From NCBI GenBank assembly GCA_036517735.1, contig DATDUD010000048.1, positions 3,559-67,558 of the forward strand: a DNA stretch of 64,000 bases, read 5' to 3'. Positions 38,087 to 46,317 of this stretch are shown here, piece after piece (position 1 is the first letter of the stretch; each line of letters begins with the position of its first letter). This stretch comes from Minisyncoccota bacterium. GTDB taxonomy: Bacteria; Patescibacteriota; Minisyncoccia; Phycocordibacterales; Phycocordibacteraceae. Position numbers and translations under genes: made by a program. The notes under the pieces were generated by a model. It was not told where the DNA came from. It ran no database searches and worked only from the letters and a program-made list of their open reading frames with translations.

Positions 38087-39178
38087 TCAGCCTACGATCT
38101 TGAATATGTCGCTTGCAGTTATTACCACCATGAGAAGTATGAGGAATGCGAAGCCGGCCATGTTCACTCCCCTGACAAAGACTGTGGGAATCGGCCTTCG
38201 TATAATCGCTTCTATTGCAACGAAAAGAAGGCGTCCTCCATCAAGCGCAGGGATAGGAAGCAAGTTGATGATAGCCAGATTGATGGAGATAAGTGCCGTG
38301 ATGGTGAAAAGAGAGGTGAGGCCTTGATCGTACGCATCACCCACTGTTCCAGCGATGCCGATAGGTCCCGATACCTGTGCGAGGTTTGCCGAAAGGGTGA
38401 AAACACTTCCGAAGAAACCAATGAGCCCAACTGCTACCTGCTTTGTGATTTCCCAAGTAAACACCGCTCCTTCGATGGGCACACGGTACCAGGCGACTGG
38501 AACCGTACCTACCGTTGCCACGGAAACGCCGAGCGCAGAACGCTCAGGCTCTCCCGGTATGATGCCAGCTTCAGGTGCAGTTGTAAGAGTCAGAGTTTCT
38601 TCCCCACGTAGAATCGTGAATGTGAGCATATCTCCCGCTTTCTGGGTTGCGATGTATGCAGTAAAAGCGTCGGGGTTGGTAGTTGCAAACTCTCCCTTCT
38701 CGTCAAAAACGGAAAGTATCCTATCCCCCACGATAAGTCCCGCTCGCTCTGCAGGGCTTCCGGGAAGAGTTCCAGCAATTACGAGCGAAGCGTCGGGAGC
38801 AAGCAATGCCTCTTCAGCAGTGAGCGCTCTGGGCGTACCGACTGCGAGTATTCCTGAGATGATCACGTATGCCAGCAGGAGATTCATCGCTACACCGGCA
38901 ACAAGGGTCAACGCCTGGAATATGCGGGGGCGAGAGGAAAAAGCTTGGGGAGAAGCAGCATCAGTATCGTCTTCGCCATAGATGCTAACAAAGCCGCCGA
39001 AGGGCAGAGCGTTCAGGGTATATTCCGTCCCCCCCTTCTTGAACCCTGCGATGCGAGGAGGATATCCGACACCGAACTCATCTACGCGCATGCCTGACCA
39101 CTTAGCAGCTAGGAAATGCCCGAACTCGTGAGCCACGATGAGGAAAACGAGAATGACTATAAAAAGGAATACGGTCAT
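38087..39178 (-). CDS. rseP: RIP metalloprotease RseP (site-2 protease with PDZ)
   Basis: HEFGHFLAA zinc motif in TM1, PDZ region GSPAERAGLIVGDRIL, LLPIPALDGG motif; 363 aa. Confidence 0.85.
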   Translation of the reverse strand: MTVFLFIVILVFLIVAHEFGHFLAAKWSGMRVDEFGVGYPPRIAGFKKGGTEYTLNALPFGGFVSIYGEDDTDAASPQAFSSRPRIFQALTLVAGVAMNLLLAYVIISGILAVGTPRALTAEEALLAPDASLVIAGTLPGSPAERAGLIVGDRILSVFDEKGEFATTNPDAFTAYIATQKAGDMLTFTILRGEETLTLTTAPEAGIIPGEPERSALGVSVATVGTVPVAWYRVPIEGAVFTWEITKQVAVGLIGFFGSVFTLSANLAQVSGPIGIAGTVGDAYDQGLTSLFTITALISINLAIINLLPIPALDGGRLLFVAIEAIIRRPIPTVFVRGVNMAGFAFLILLMVVITASDIFKIVG

Positions 39179-39179
39179 G

Positions 39180-39734
39180 CTACTGCGCTATATCCTCCTG
39201 CTTCTTCCTCGCAAGAACCTCAAGGGCTTCTGTTCCCTTATCGATATGCCTCTGCGCCTCTTCCTTAAGGCGCTTTAACTCGTCCTGCCCCATGCCTCCC
39301 TCTTTCTCGAGTGCCTCAAGTTCCTTGAGAGTGTCGGTACGATGCCCACGCAGGGTCACACGTGCCTGCTCAAGCCGCTCTCCTGCAAGCTTTGCAAGCA
39401 TGGTGCGCCTTTCTGTGGTGAGTTCAGGGAATATGATCCGAAGTCCGGTGTCATCGACTGCGACAGAGACACCGAGGTCAGCATCGTTCACGGCCTTTTC
39501 GATAGACTTGGATACGGTCTTGTCCCAGGGAACTACCCGTATGGTCCGCGCGTCTTCTACTGTTACGCTTGCAAGGCCATTGATCGAAGTCTTAGAGCCG
39601 TACGAATCGACCCGAATGGAATCAAGAAGTGCAGAGGTTGCGCGTCCTGTCCGGATGCCTGCAAGCTCGCGCGAGAGCCACTCTTCAGTTTCCTTTATCT
39701 GCGCGTTTAGTTTAGAGAAATCGTATGCCATGTC
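39180..39734 (-). CDS. frr: Ribosome recycling factor
   Basis: Start at MAYDFSKL; LAGIRTGRATSALLDSIRVDSYG; 184 aa. Confidence 0.8.
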   Translation of the reverse strand, partial: DMAYDFSKLNAQIKETEEWLSRELAGIRTGRATSALLDSIRVDSYGSKTSINGLASVTVEDARTIRVVPWDKTVSKSIEKAVNDADLGVSVAVDDTGLRIIFPELTTERRTMLAKLAGERLEQARVTLRGHRTDTLKELEALEKEGGMGQDELKRLKEEAQRHIDKGTEALEVLARKKQEDIAQ

Positions 39735-39783
39735 ATGAGTGTACCAGAAAGGCCGCTTTATTGCGGCCTTGTCTTGGCAAGAG

Positions 39784-40035
39784 TTAAGCTCTACGTATCG
39801 CTTTGACGACCGCCAAGAGCACCACCGCGCCAATCAATGCCACGATGAAGCTATAGAAGTCGAAACCGGTTCCGCTTGACTGGCCCAGCATCGTCATAAT
39901 CCAGCCGCCAAGGACTGCTCCCACGATACCAACGATTATGTCGAGGAGGAGGTTCTGCTGGCCGTTCGTCTTCATAATTATGGAGGCGAGCCATCCTACG
40001 ATCGCACCGAATACAATCCATAACACTATACTCAT
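39784..40035 (-). CDS. GlsB/YeaQ/YmgE-family small membrane stress protein
   Basis: 83 aa; three TM helices; IVGIVGAVLGGWIM-type glycine-zipper pattern. Confidence 0.6.
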   Translation of the reverse strand: MSIVLWIVFGAIVGWLASIIMKTNGQQNLLLDIIVGIVGAVLGGWIMTMLGQSSGTGFDFYSFIVALIGAVVLLAVVKAIRRA

Positions 40036-40397
40036 GATATTCAGAAATTAAGGGTAACGGGAGAATATAAACAGCTCAACGGTAAAGGAAAGATGAAGGG
40101 GTAATCCACACCATATCCACAGTATCCCCAGTTGCCCCTTTTTTCTACCGGAGAGATACTGAATTTCGCCTCTGGCTTCGGCCTTAGGCAGGGTTGGTAG
40201 ATAACTGCAGAGGCTTCGGCCAATACAGCCTACTAATTTTGAAAAGCGGGTCTTGTTAGCGAACATTCGAGACCGGTCCTGCATCGAACCCTCGGGAGAG
40301 ATGCGGTAAACCACCTCAAATGAAATCGGAGCGAGACGAAACGCTTTTCAACGCAAGGCCGTCCTTCGGGGCGGTTTTGTCGTTCCTATCCCTGCAT

Positions 40398-40715
40398 TTA
40401 GACTGTTTCCTTTCTTTCTACAACAACTCCGTTTTGAAGGTCCTCAACCATCTGCCGCATCACCTCGTCGTTCTCACGAAGCTGCTGATTCTCTTTGCGC
40501 AGTCGACGATTAATCAGACTCCTATGGATACTTGCAGGTATCGAGGCAAGTACGCCGAGAAGTCCCCCGACCGCAGCCGTAAAGATAATCACAAGCGCAA
40601 GCGGGCTTGCGAACTGCCAGGAGAAGAATGTAAGCTCGACCACTTCCGTGTTCTGGAGTGCGAAAATGATAGTTGTAGCACCGAGGACAAAACCGAGTAC
40701 AAGAGTGAATACCAT
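40398..40715 (-). CDS. LapA-family (DUF1049) membrane protein
   Basis: N-terminal TM, LQNTEVVELTFFSWQFASPLALVIIFTAAVGGLLG, C-terminal coiled region; 105 aa; the antisense ORF 40320..40733 is rejected. Confidence 0.55.
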   Translation of the reverse strand: MVFTLVLGFVLGATTIIFALQNTEVVELTFFSWQFASPLALVIIFTAAVGGLLGVLASIPASIHRSLINRRLRKENQQLRENDEVMRQMVEDLQNGVVVERKETV

Positions 40716-40777
40716 GCTGATTATCGTTACTGATCAGCTTTAGTATACCGTCTGGAGGTGATTTTAAGATTAAGGAC

Positions 40778-41563
40778 CTAGCATTGCGCGTTCTTGACGA
40801 TATAATCGTATGCTTCGTCCACCGTGTCAGCTATAAAGAAAAGGTTGAGGTCAGGAGTGTCGATTGCTGCATGCTCGGCGAGAAGTTTGAGTTGCATAAA
40901 TGCGATAAGAGGTTCCCAATACTCTTTTCCGTACACGACTATGGGAACCTTGCGGATCTTCTTGGTCTGAACAAGGGTCAGGATCTCGAAGAACTCATCC
41001 ATGGTGCCGTACCCACCCGGGAAGAAGATGTATACCTCGGAAGCAAAAGCAAGCATCACCTTGCGAATGAAGAAGTGCTCGAAGGTGAATGAGTCGGTGA
41101 GGTATGTATTAAGGCCCTGGTTTTGGTCGAGGCGTATGTTGAGACCCACTGAGGCTCCGCCCGCCTCGAATGCTCCCTTGTTCGCAGCTTCCATGATTCC
41201 CGCGCTCCCTCCCGTGATGATGGCAAAGCCGGCCTTGGCGAGACGTCCTGCAAGCTCGGCAGCTTCTTTATAGAAATGCTCTTCAAAGGTGGCGCGAGAC
41301 GTTCCGAAGAAGCTTGCGGCAAGACCGTACTTGCGTATGGCCTCGAAGCCCTCCACGAACTCAGACATGATCTTGAAGACCCTCCAGCTTTCAAGCTCGC
41401 GTGGCTTACATACGAGAGGAGAGGGGGCGGCCGGCACTTCCCGTTTCCCTTCCTCGATGGTGCGCGCAAGTATCTGCCCCATCATCTCGTGGTGCTCAGG
41501 GGTATTTGATTCTTCGGGCGTAGGCACGGGCGGTACTTTAGCCTTTCCAGTTATGTCTGCCAT
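40778..41563 (-). CDS. LOG-family protein (cytokinin riboside 5'-monophosphate phosphoribohydrolase-like, TIGR00730)
   Basis: PGGYGTMDEF and GGSAGIMEAANKGA motifs; 261 aa. Confidence 0.75.
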   Translation of the reverse strand: MADITGKAKVPPVPTPEESNTPEHHEMMGQILARTIEEGKREVPAAPSPLVCKPRELESWRVFKIMSEFVEGFEAIRKYGLAASFFGTSRATFEEHFYKEAAELAGRLAKAGFAIITGGSAGIMEAANKGAFEAGGASVGLNIRLDQNQGLNTYLTDSFTFEHFFIRKVMLAFASEVYIFFPGGYGTMDEFFEILTLVQTKKIRKVPIVVYGKEYWEPLIAFMQLKLLAEHAAIDTPDLNLFFIADTVDEAYDYIVKNAQC

Positions 41564-42147
41564 GGAATTGGATACTCAAGAAATTCAGGTAATAGGTTTC
41601 TATTATAGACCAAGCGAGAGAATACCTCGGCATGGGATAACGCGCCGTTCAATGCGTTGTGGGGTTTCGGCTCCTCTGGCACGCCGGTGTACTTCAGAAT
41701 GAAATCAAGATTAATGGCAGAGCGCTTATTGTCGATGGGGGGCGTTTCTCCTTTTTGTGTCATGTGAAGCCAGCAGAGGCTGTGGGTATCGATGCTGCGG
41801 TATGCGAACGGAAACTCAATGCCAGCCCGGTGGCAGGCCGCTGCTACGAAGTCACTATCAAAACGTGGGTTCTGTCCTATGAAGGTATGGCTTTTGGGAC
41901 GATCAAGCGCCCAAGCTACAAAGGCTTTAATAAGCTCTGCTTCATTTTTCTTCCCGCTTCCCTCCCCTATCTCTTCGCGCGAGAAGCCGGTAATGGCAAG
42001 AGATTCATCGGATATGTGCGCACCATCCCACACACGGCATTCGTCATAGAACTGGTTTGTGGGATCATCGAGGTCGACTGCCCCAATTGAGACAATCGAT
42101 GCCTTGTCAGCATCGAGTCCCGTTGCTTCTACATCCACAGCGATCAT
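41551..42147 (-). CDS. DEDDh 3'-5' exonuclease (DnaQ/epsilon-like)
   Basis: MIAVDVEATGLD (Exo I), FIGQNPRFDSDF (Exo II), H..ALNGAL (Exo III-like); 198 aa. Confidence 0.7.
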   Translation of the reverse strand: MIAVDVEATGLDADKASIVSIGAVDLDDPTNQFYDECRVWDGAHISDESLAITGFSREEIGEGSGKKNEAELIKAFVAWALDRPKSHTFIGQNPRFDSDFVAAACHRAGIEFPFAYRSIDTHSLCWLHMTQKGETPPIDNKRSAINLDFILKYTGVPEEPKPHNALNGALSHAEVFSRLVYNRNLLPEFLEYPIPWQT

Positions 42148-42174
42148 GCGGGCAGTATAGCAGTTGACTCCAAT

Positions 42175-42657
42175 TCAGCTTTTGTTACTATGCAAATGGC
42201 TTCGGCCTCGCCCCGCAAGGGGAGACACTATGGCTTCGGCCTCGCCCCGCAAGGGGAGAACGGGAAAACCGTTAAAGCATGTCTTTGGCGGCTTTCTTAT
42301 TTTTGCGAAGGTGCCTTGATCAAGAACACCTATTTTATCGACAAGTCGTTTGGTGTCGATGAGTCGTAATTGCGATATGAGCACAACCGCCTGCCTTCCA
42401 CGCAAGAGCCCGATTGGGATACGGAAACGATGTTTTTTCTGGGAGGTTGAAAGTGGTGTGATAAAACAAGAGTTTCGGCTAACACCACGCAAAATGAGGA
42501 CCGGACGTTGATACCCCTTACCGGTACCATCTTCCTCAGAACCGATATTTATACCGAGAGTACACCACCAAATATCGCGTTCGTTGTAGTGCCGCTCAAC
42601 AGTTTGTTGTTGGACTCTCTTCTTTTCAGCATTCCAAAGATCAAGATTCTTCTCCAT
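42175..42657 (-). CDS. MazF/PemK (EndoA-like) endoribonuclease toxin, paralog 2, with a C-terminal extension encoded by a tandem repeat
   Basis: RDIWWCTLGINIGSEEDGTGKGYQRPVLIL and LISQLRLIDTKRLVDKIGVLDQGTFAKI are homologous to paralog 1 and to EndoA; the last ~35 codons read through the hairpin repeat. Confidence 0.65.
   Translation of the reverse strand: MEKNLDLWNAEKKRVQQQTVERHYNERDIWWCTLGINIGSEEDGTGKGYQRPVLILRGVSRNSCFITPLSTSQKKHRFRIPIGLLRGRQAVVLISQLRLIDTKRLVDKIGVLDQGTFAKIRKPPKTCFNGFPVLPLRGEAEAIVSPLAGRGRSHLHSNKS
42195..42262. repeat. Two tandem copies of a ~33-nt GC hairpin repeat (ATGGCTTCGGCCTCGCCCCGCAAGGGGAGA)
   Basis: Copies at 42195-42226 and 42229-42262; each holds GGC-UUCG-GCC and CCCC-GCAA-GGGG tetraloop hairpins; they lie within the 3' end of mazF-like paralog 2. 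Confidence 0.7.
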
Positions 42658-42660
42658 GCT

Positions 42661-43104
42661 TCAAAGCCCCTTACAGTTCTTTCCTGGCTCGTATCCCTCA
42701 GCTTCAGCCTCTTCTTTAGTTGCAAACCATACCTTATTCTCCTCCTTGATTCGTTTAGCGGTCCCGCACCAGGGAAGGTAGTATTTGGTGCCGGTCTTAG
42801 AAGCTACATATTCCCCTCCGGTTGCTAGGATCGGTTCGCTTTCTTTGGGTTCAGGCTTCGCCGCGACTGCGGATGATGCCTCCTGGCCTTGTGGCTTCTC
42901 GATAAATACCTCGTTTGGTTTTCCAGCACTGCCTTCGCGTCCCGCAACGACTCCGAGGCCGAAGCTTGCGGTTGAGGAAAGGACAAGAATGGTGATGAGA
43001 AGGGCGTCTTTTGGAAGACGCCGCACCAGGCTCTCTTTTTTCTCATTCTGGCCTGTATCTAAGCCCTTGCCTGTCTTTTCCCTTTCTGATATAGTCATCT
43101 TCAC
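42661..43104 (-). CDS. Membrane-anchored protein with a C-terminal Ada-like zinc-binding domain
   Basis: N-terminal TM; C-terminal YYLPWCGTAKRIKEENKVWFATKEEAEAEGYEPGKNCKG resembles the Ada N-terminal metal-binding pattern YCRPSCP..RENVRFY..AEAAGFRPCKRC. Confidence 0.4.
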   Translation of the reverse strand: MKMTISEREKTGKGLDTGQNEKKESLVRRLPKDALLITILVLSSTASFGLGVVAGREGSAGKPNEVFIEKPQGQEASSAVAAKPEPKESEPILATGGEYVASKTGTKYYLPWCGTAKRIKEENKVWFATKEEAEAEGYEPGKNCKGL

Positions 43105-43115
43105 AACGTAACACT

Positions 43116-43397
43116 ATGGCAAGTACAAAAGCTGGTGGGTCAGCAAAAAACCTGAATACTTCAAACCCGAAATACCTCGGGGTGAAGCTTGGAGACGGAC
43201 AATCAGCACGCCCGGGCATGGTTATCGTGCGCCAACGTGGCACGAAGATCATGGCTGGCAAAAACGTAAAAGTCGGCAAAGATCATACACTGTACGCAAT
43301 GATTACCGGAAAGATCGCCTTCCGCGACCGCCGCAAGACCAACTTTGATGGACGCGTAGTCCGTAAGAAAGTTGTAGACGTTCTGGCTGTTGTCTAA
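43116..43397 (+). CDS. rpmA: 50S ribosomal protein L27
   Basis: GGSAKNLNTSNPKYLGVK...IVRQRGTK...GKDHTLYA; 93 aa. Confidence 0.9.
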   Translation: MASTKAGGSAKNLNTSNPKYLGVKLGDGQSARPGMVIVRQRGTKIMAGKNVKVGKDHTLYAMITGKIAFRDRRKTNFDGRVVRKKVVDVLAVV

Positions 43398-43410
43398 CGC
43401 AAAGATGAAG

Positions 43411-43450
43411 AAAAACCGCCGGAGATGTGATCCGGCGGTTTTTCTTTTTC
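43411..43450. terminator. Bidirectional terminator between convergent rpmA and rplI
   Basis: AAAAACCGCCGGA-GATGTGA-TCCGGCGGTTTTTCTTTTT. Confidence 0.65.
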
Positions 43451-43456
43451 CCCAAC

Positions 43457-43882
43457 TTATTCAGTCTCGATGAGTATTGTGATCTTTCCGAAATCCTCTC
43501 CACGAGCTACAGGAACCTCAAACTCTCCAAGTTCTTTAAACGGACGTTCAATGTGGATAGCATCCTCAGGAAGGCCTGCCGCTTCTGCGATTTCTTTGGC
43601 ATCGACGCCGTCATACAAATGACCCTGATCGTTCGCCTTCTTGCGAATAACTACCTTCTCCTCTGCAAGAGCGGAAAGACGGTCTGATACGAGCTTGCTA
43701 TCAATCTCTCGACGCTCGATAGCTGCCTTTGCAAGGGACTCTGCTCTCTTAAGGGAAGCAGGAGTAGCAAGCACGGCCATCTTGCGGGGGATGAGGAAGT
43801 TCAAGGCGTGACCGTCGGAAACGTCTACTGCGCTCCCTGCCCTGCCCATATCGCGCACGTCTTTGAGTAATACGACTTTCAT
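43457..43882 (-). CDS. rplI: 50S ribosomal protein L9
   Basis: MKVVLLKDV...ALNFLIPRKMAV; 141 aa. Confidence 0.8.
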   Translation of the reverse strand: MKVVLLKDVRDMGRAGSAVDVSDGHALNFLIPRKMAVLATPASLKRAESLAKAAIERREIDSKLVSDRLSALAEEKVVIRKKANDQGHLYDGVDAKEIAEAAGLPEDAIHIERPFKELGEFEVPVARGEDFGKITILIETE

Positions 43883-44041
43883 AGTGGAAGTATCGTACCG
43901 TTTTAGGCTCTTTTCCGCAAATAAGCTGGCAGTCTGGAGTGGTGCACTTCAGAGTTGAACCTACCTAACCAAGTCGTCCCTAACGAAAAGTCGTTGGAGA
44001 ACGACTTTTCATTTAGTTGCTAGTAGATTAGCTTTCGAACC

Positions 44042-45325
44042 CTACCTCCCACTCTTCAAAAACTCCACCGCCCTGTCCATCTGCGGATCCCTTCCTGCAG
44101 TTATGTCCTCAGGAGTACGCTCAACAATGATGTCAGGTGCAAGGCCACCATCTGAAATTGATTTGCCGGAAGGAGTAAGCCAGCGTGCCACCGTGACCTT
44201 GAGTGCTCCCTGTCCTACCGGAATCAGTTCCTGAACCGAACCTTTGCCGAACGAACGTGTACCGATGAGTGTCGCCTTTTCATGATCCTTGAGTGCGCCT
44301 GCAACAATTTCTGAAGCCGAAGCAGAACCCTGGTTGATGAGTATCACAATCTGTGTTCCTTCAGGTACCCCTCCCCTGCCTGAGCTTCTGTGAACGATGT
44401 TCTGTTCCTTTCCTTTATAGTCTTCAGTAACCACGATTTCACCGCGTGTGAGGAAGAAGCTTGAGATCTTCACTGCAGCATCGAGGTACCCTCCAGGATT
44501 CCCGCGAAGATCAATGATGAGCTTTTTAGAGCCACTCGACCTAAAGCTCGTGATTGCGTCACTGAAAAGGTTTACCGATGTACCGGTGAATTCGTAGAGC
44601 GAGATGGTGTAGATGCCTGTCTCGCGATTAAAGTTTGTATCAAGGGTTGGCACCTGGATAGTGTCGCGCACGACTGTAATCTCAATGCTCTTTCCGGCAC
44701 GAAGGAGGGTAAAGGAGACTGATGTGCCCTTGGAACCACGTATCAGCTTCACTGCAGAGTCCGTGGTCATTCCCTCGGTCGACTTGCTATCTATGGAAAG
44801 GATGAGGTCGCCTGAAATGATGCCGGCCTTCTCTGCGGGAGTGTTCTTCAAGGGTGCAATGACTGTAAGAATCCCGTCTGGGTTAAGACCTATCTCCATG
44901 CCCACGCCGCTAAAAGTCCCGGATATCTCCTCCTGAAACATCTTTGCTTCTTCAGGCGGGAGAAAGACTGTATACGGATCCCCGAAGGATTCAGCAAGTC
45001 CTTGGATAGCACCCCATATCTTCTGTTCGTTCGTAGGGAGGGTCGAAGAGGCGTTTGAAGGAACGAACTTCGCATTGAGGGTGTTGTATACCTTCCAAAA
45101 CTCATTGAAGTCGAGCGTCGTGTCGGGAGTAGCGTTGAGTCCATCCCCTATTAAAGGGAGGCTGGAAAGAACGCGAGAGCCTCCTGCAGCCCCTACCGAG
45201 AGTCCTCCGGCAAAGCCGAGAGAGAGCACAAGCGCAAAGAATATGCCCAGCTTAAGCGTGCGCTTGAAGCGCTTCCGCTCAGTACGCATTTCTCCAAACT
45301 GCTCACTCGCCGCATTCATGTGCAA
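44042..45325 (-). CDS. ctpA: Carboxyl-terminal processing protease (S41 family, PDZ-containing)
   Basis: PDZ region GIISGDLILSID, LIIDLRGNPGGYLDAAVKIS with catalytic Ser context, GSASASEIVAGAL; signal/TM N-terminus; 427 aa. Confidence 0.85.
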   Translation of the reverse strand: MHMNAASEQFGEMRTERKRFKRTLKLGIFFALVLSLGFAGGLSVGAAGGSRVLSSLPLIGDGLNATPDTTLDFNEFWKVYNTLNAKFVPSNASSTLPTNEQKIWGAIQGLAESFGDPYTVFLPPEEAKMFQEEISGTFSGVGMEIGLNPDGILTVIAPLKNTPAEKAGIISGDLILSIDSKSTEGMTTDSAVKLIRGSKGTSVSFTLLRAGKSIEITVVRDTIQVPTLDTNFNRETGIYTISLYEFTGTSVNLFSDAITSFRSSGSKKLIIDLRGNPGGYLDAAVKISSFFLTRGEIVVTEDYKGKEQNIVHRSSGRGGVPEGTQIVILINQGSASASEIVAGALKDHEKATLIGTRSFGKGSVQELIPVGQGALKVTVARWLTPSGKSISDGGLAPDIIVERTPEDITAGRDPQMDRAVEFLKSGR

Positions 45326-45375
45326 AGTGTATCACAGGGCTATACCCAACCCGACCATATTTCTCTTATTCTTGC

Positions 45376-46311
45376 TTGTATACTAAGGACAGCATGGTAA
45401 AGCGGCACGGAAAGAACGGCGTCACCTGGGTCGACATGGAAGCGCCAACGCGCGAAGAGTTGCGCGCGGTCATGAATGAGTTTGATATCGGCGAACGTAT
45501 CGAAGAGGAGATCGTTTCTCCGACCCCCTACCCACTTGTCCTCTGCTCTCCTTCCTATATCTATCTCATCCTCCATTTCCCCGCCACAAACCCTCAAGGC
45601 GGAGCGAAGAACCAAGAGATAGATTTCATTGTCGGGAAGGACTTTCTTATTACTGCCCGATACGAGGTCATTGACGCGATCCACAGCCTCCATAGAGTAT
45701 TTGAGGCTGAGGAGATGCTTGACCTACCCTCTAAAGGGGACGGTGCGCATTATCTTATCGAGCGTGTGCTTCGTCACTTGTACGGGGCCATCCGCGATCA
45801 GGCCGAACAGACAGCTCGTGCCATGGACCGAATCGAGGAAGAGATATTCGCAGGCAAGGAACACGAGATGGTGTATACGATCTCGCTTGTTGGTCGGGTA
45901 CTTCTCCGTTTCGATACGACCCTCTCACGCCACCAGGAACCTCTCAAAGCCTTTCTTGAAGCCCTTGCTAGTCCAACGTTTTTCGGTAAGTCATTTAACA
46001 TGCATGCAGCGCACATTCAGGCTGAGCACGATCACACTGCTGCGCTTGTGGGTACGTACCGAGCTGTCTTGATCGAGCTTCGGAGCACGAACGAATCCCT
46101 TCTTTCCGCTTCCCAGAATGAGATCGTAAAGCGCCTCACCATCATGAGCTTCTTCGCGCTTCCTTTAACGGTGCTCGCCTCAATATTCGGCATGAATAAC
46201 AACTATCTTCCTTTCATCGATTCCCCACACTTTATCTGGCTCTTTCTCTTAGTAACAGGAATTCTTATAATCATTCTTCTTTCATACTTCAAGCACAGGA
46301 AATGGTTTTAG
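45376..46311 (+). CDS. corA: CorA-family magnesium transporter
   Basis: C-terminal two TM helices with FGMNNNYLP (GMN motif); 311 aa. Confidence 0.75.
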   Translation: MYTKDSMVKRHGKNGVTWVDMEAPTREELRAVMNEFDIGERIEEEIVSPTPYPLVLCSPSYIYLILHFPATNPQGGAKNQEIDFIVGKDFLITARYEVIDAIHSLHRVFEAEEMLDLPSKGDGAHYLIERVLRHLYGAIRDQAEQTARAMDRIEEEIFAGKEHEMVYTISLVGRVLLRFDTTLSRHQEPLKAFLEALASPTFFGKSFNMHAAHIQAEHDHTAALVGTYRAVLIELRSTNESLLSASQNEIVKRLTIMSFFALPLTVLASIFGMNNNYLPFIDSPHFIWLFLLVTGILIIILLSYFKHRKWF

Positions 46312-46317
46312 CCGTTC

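Noticed and set aside
40320-40733. 137-aa plus-strand ORF.
   Set aside because: Antisense to the LapA/DUF1049-like gene, which has a clear family signature; the plus ORF is Leu/His-rich without motifs.
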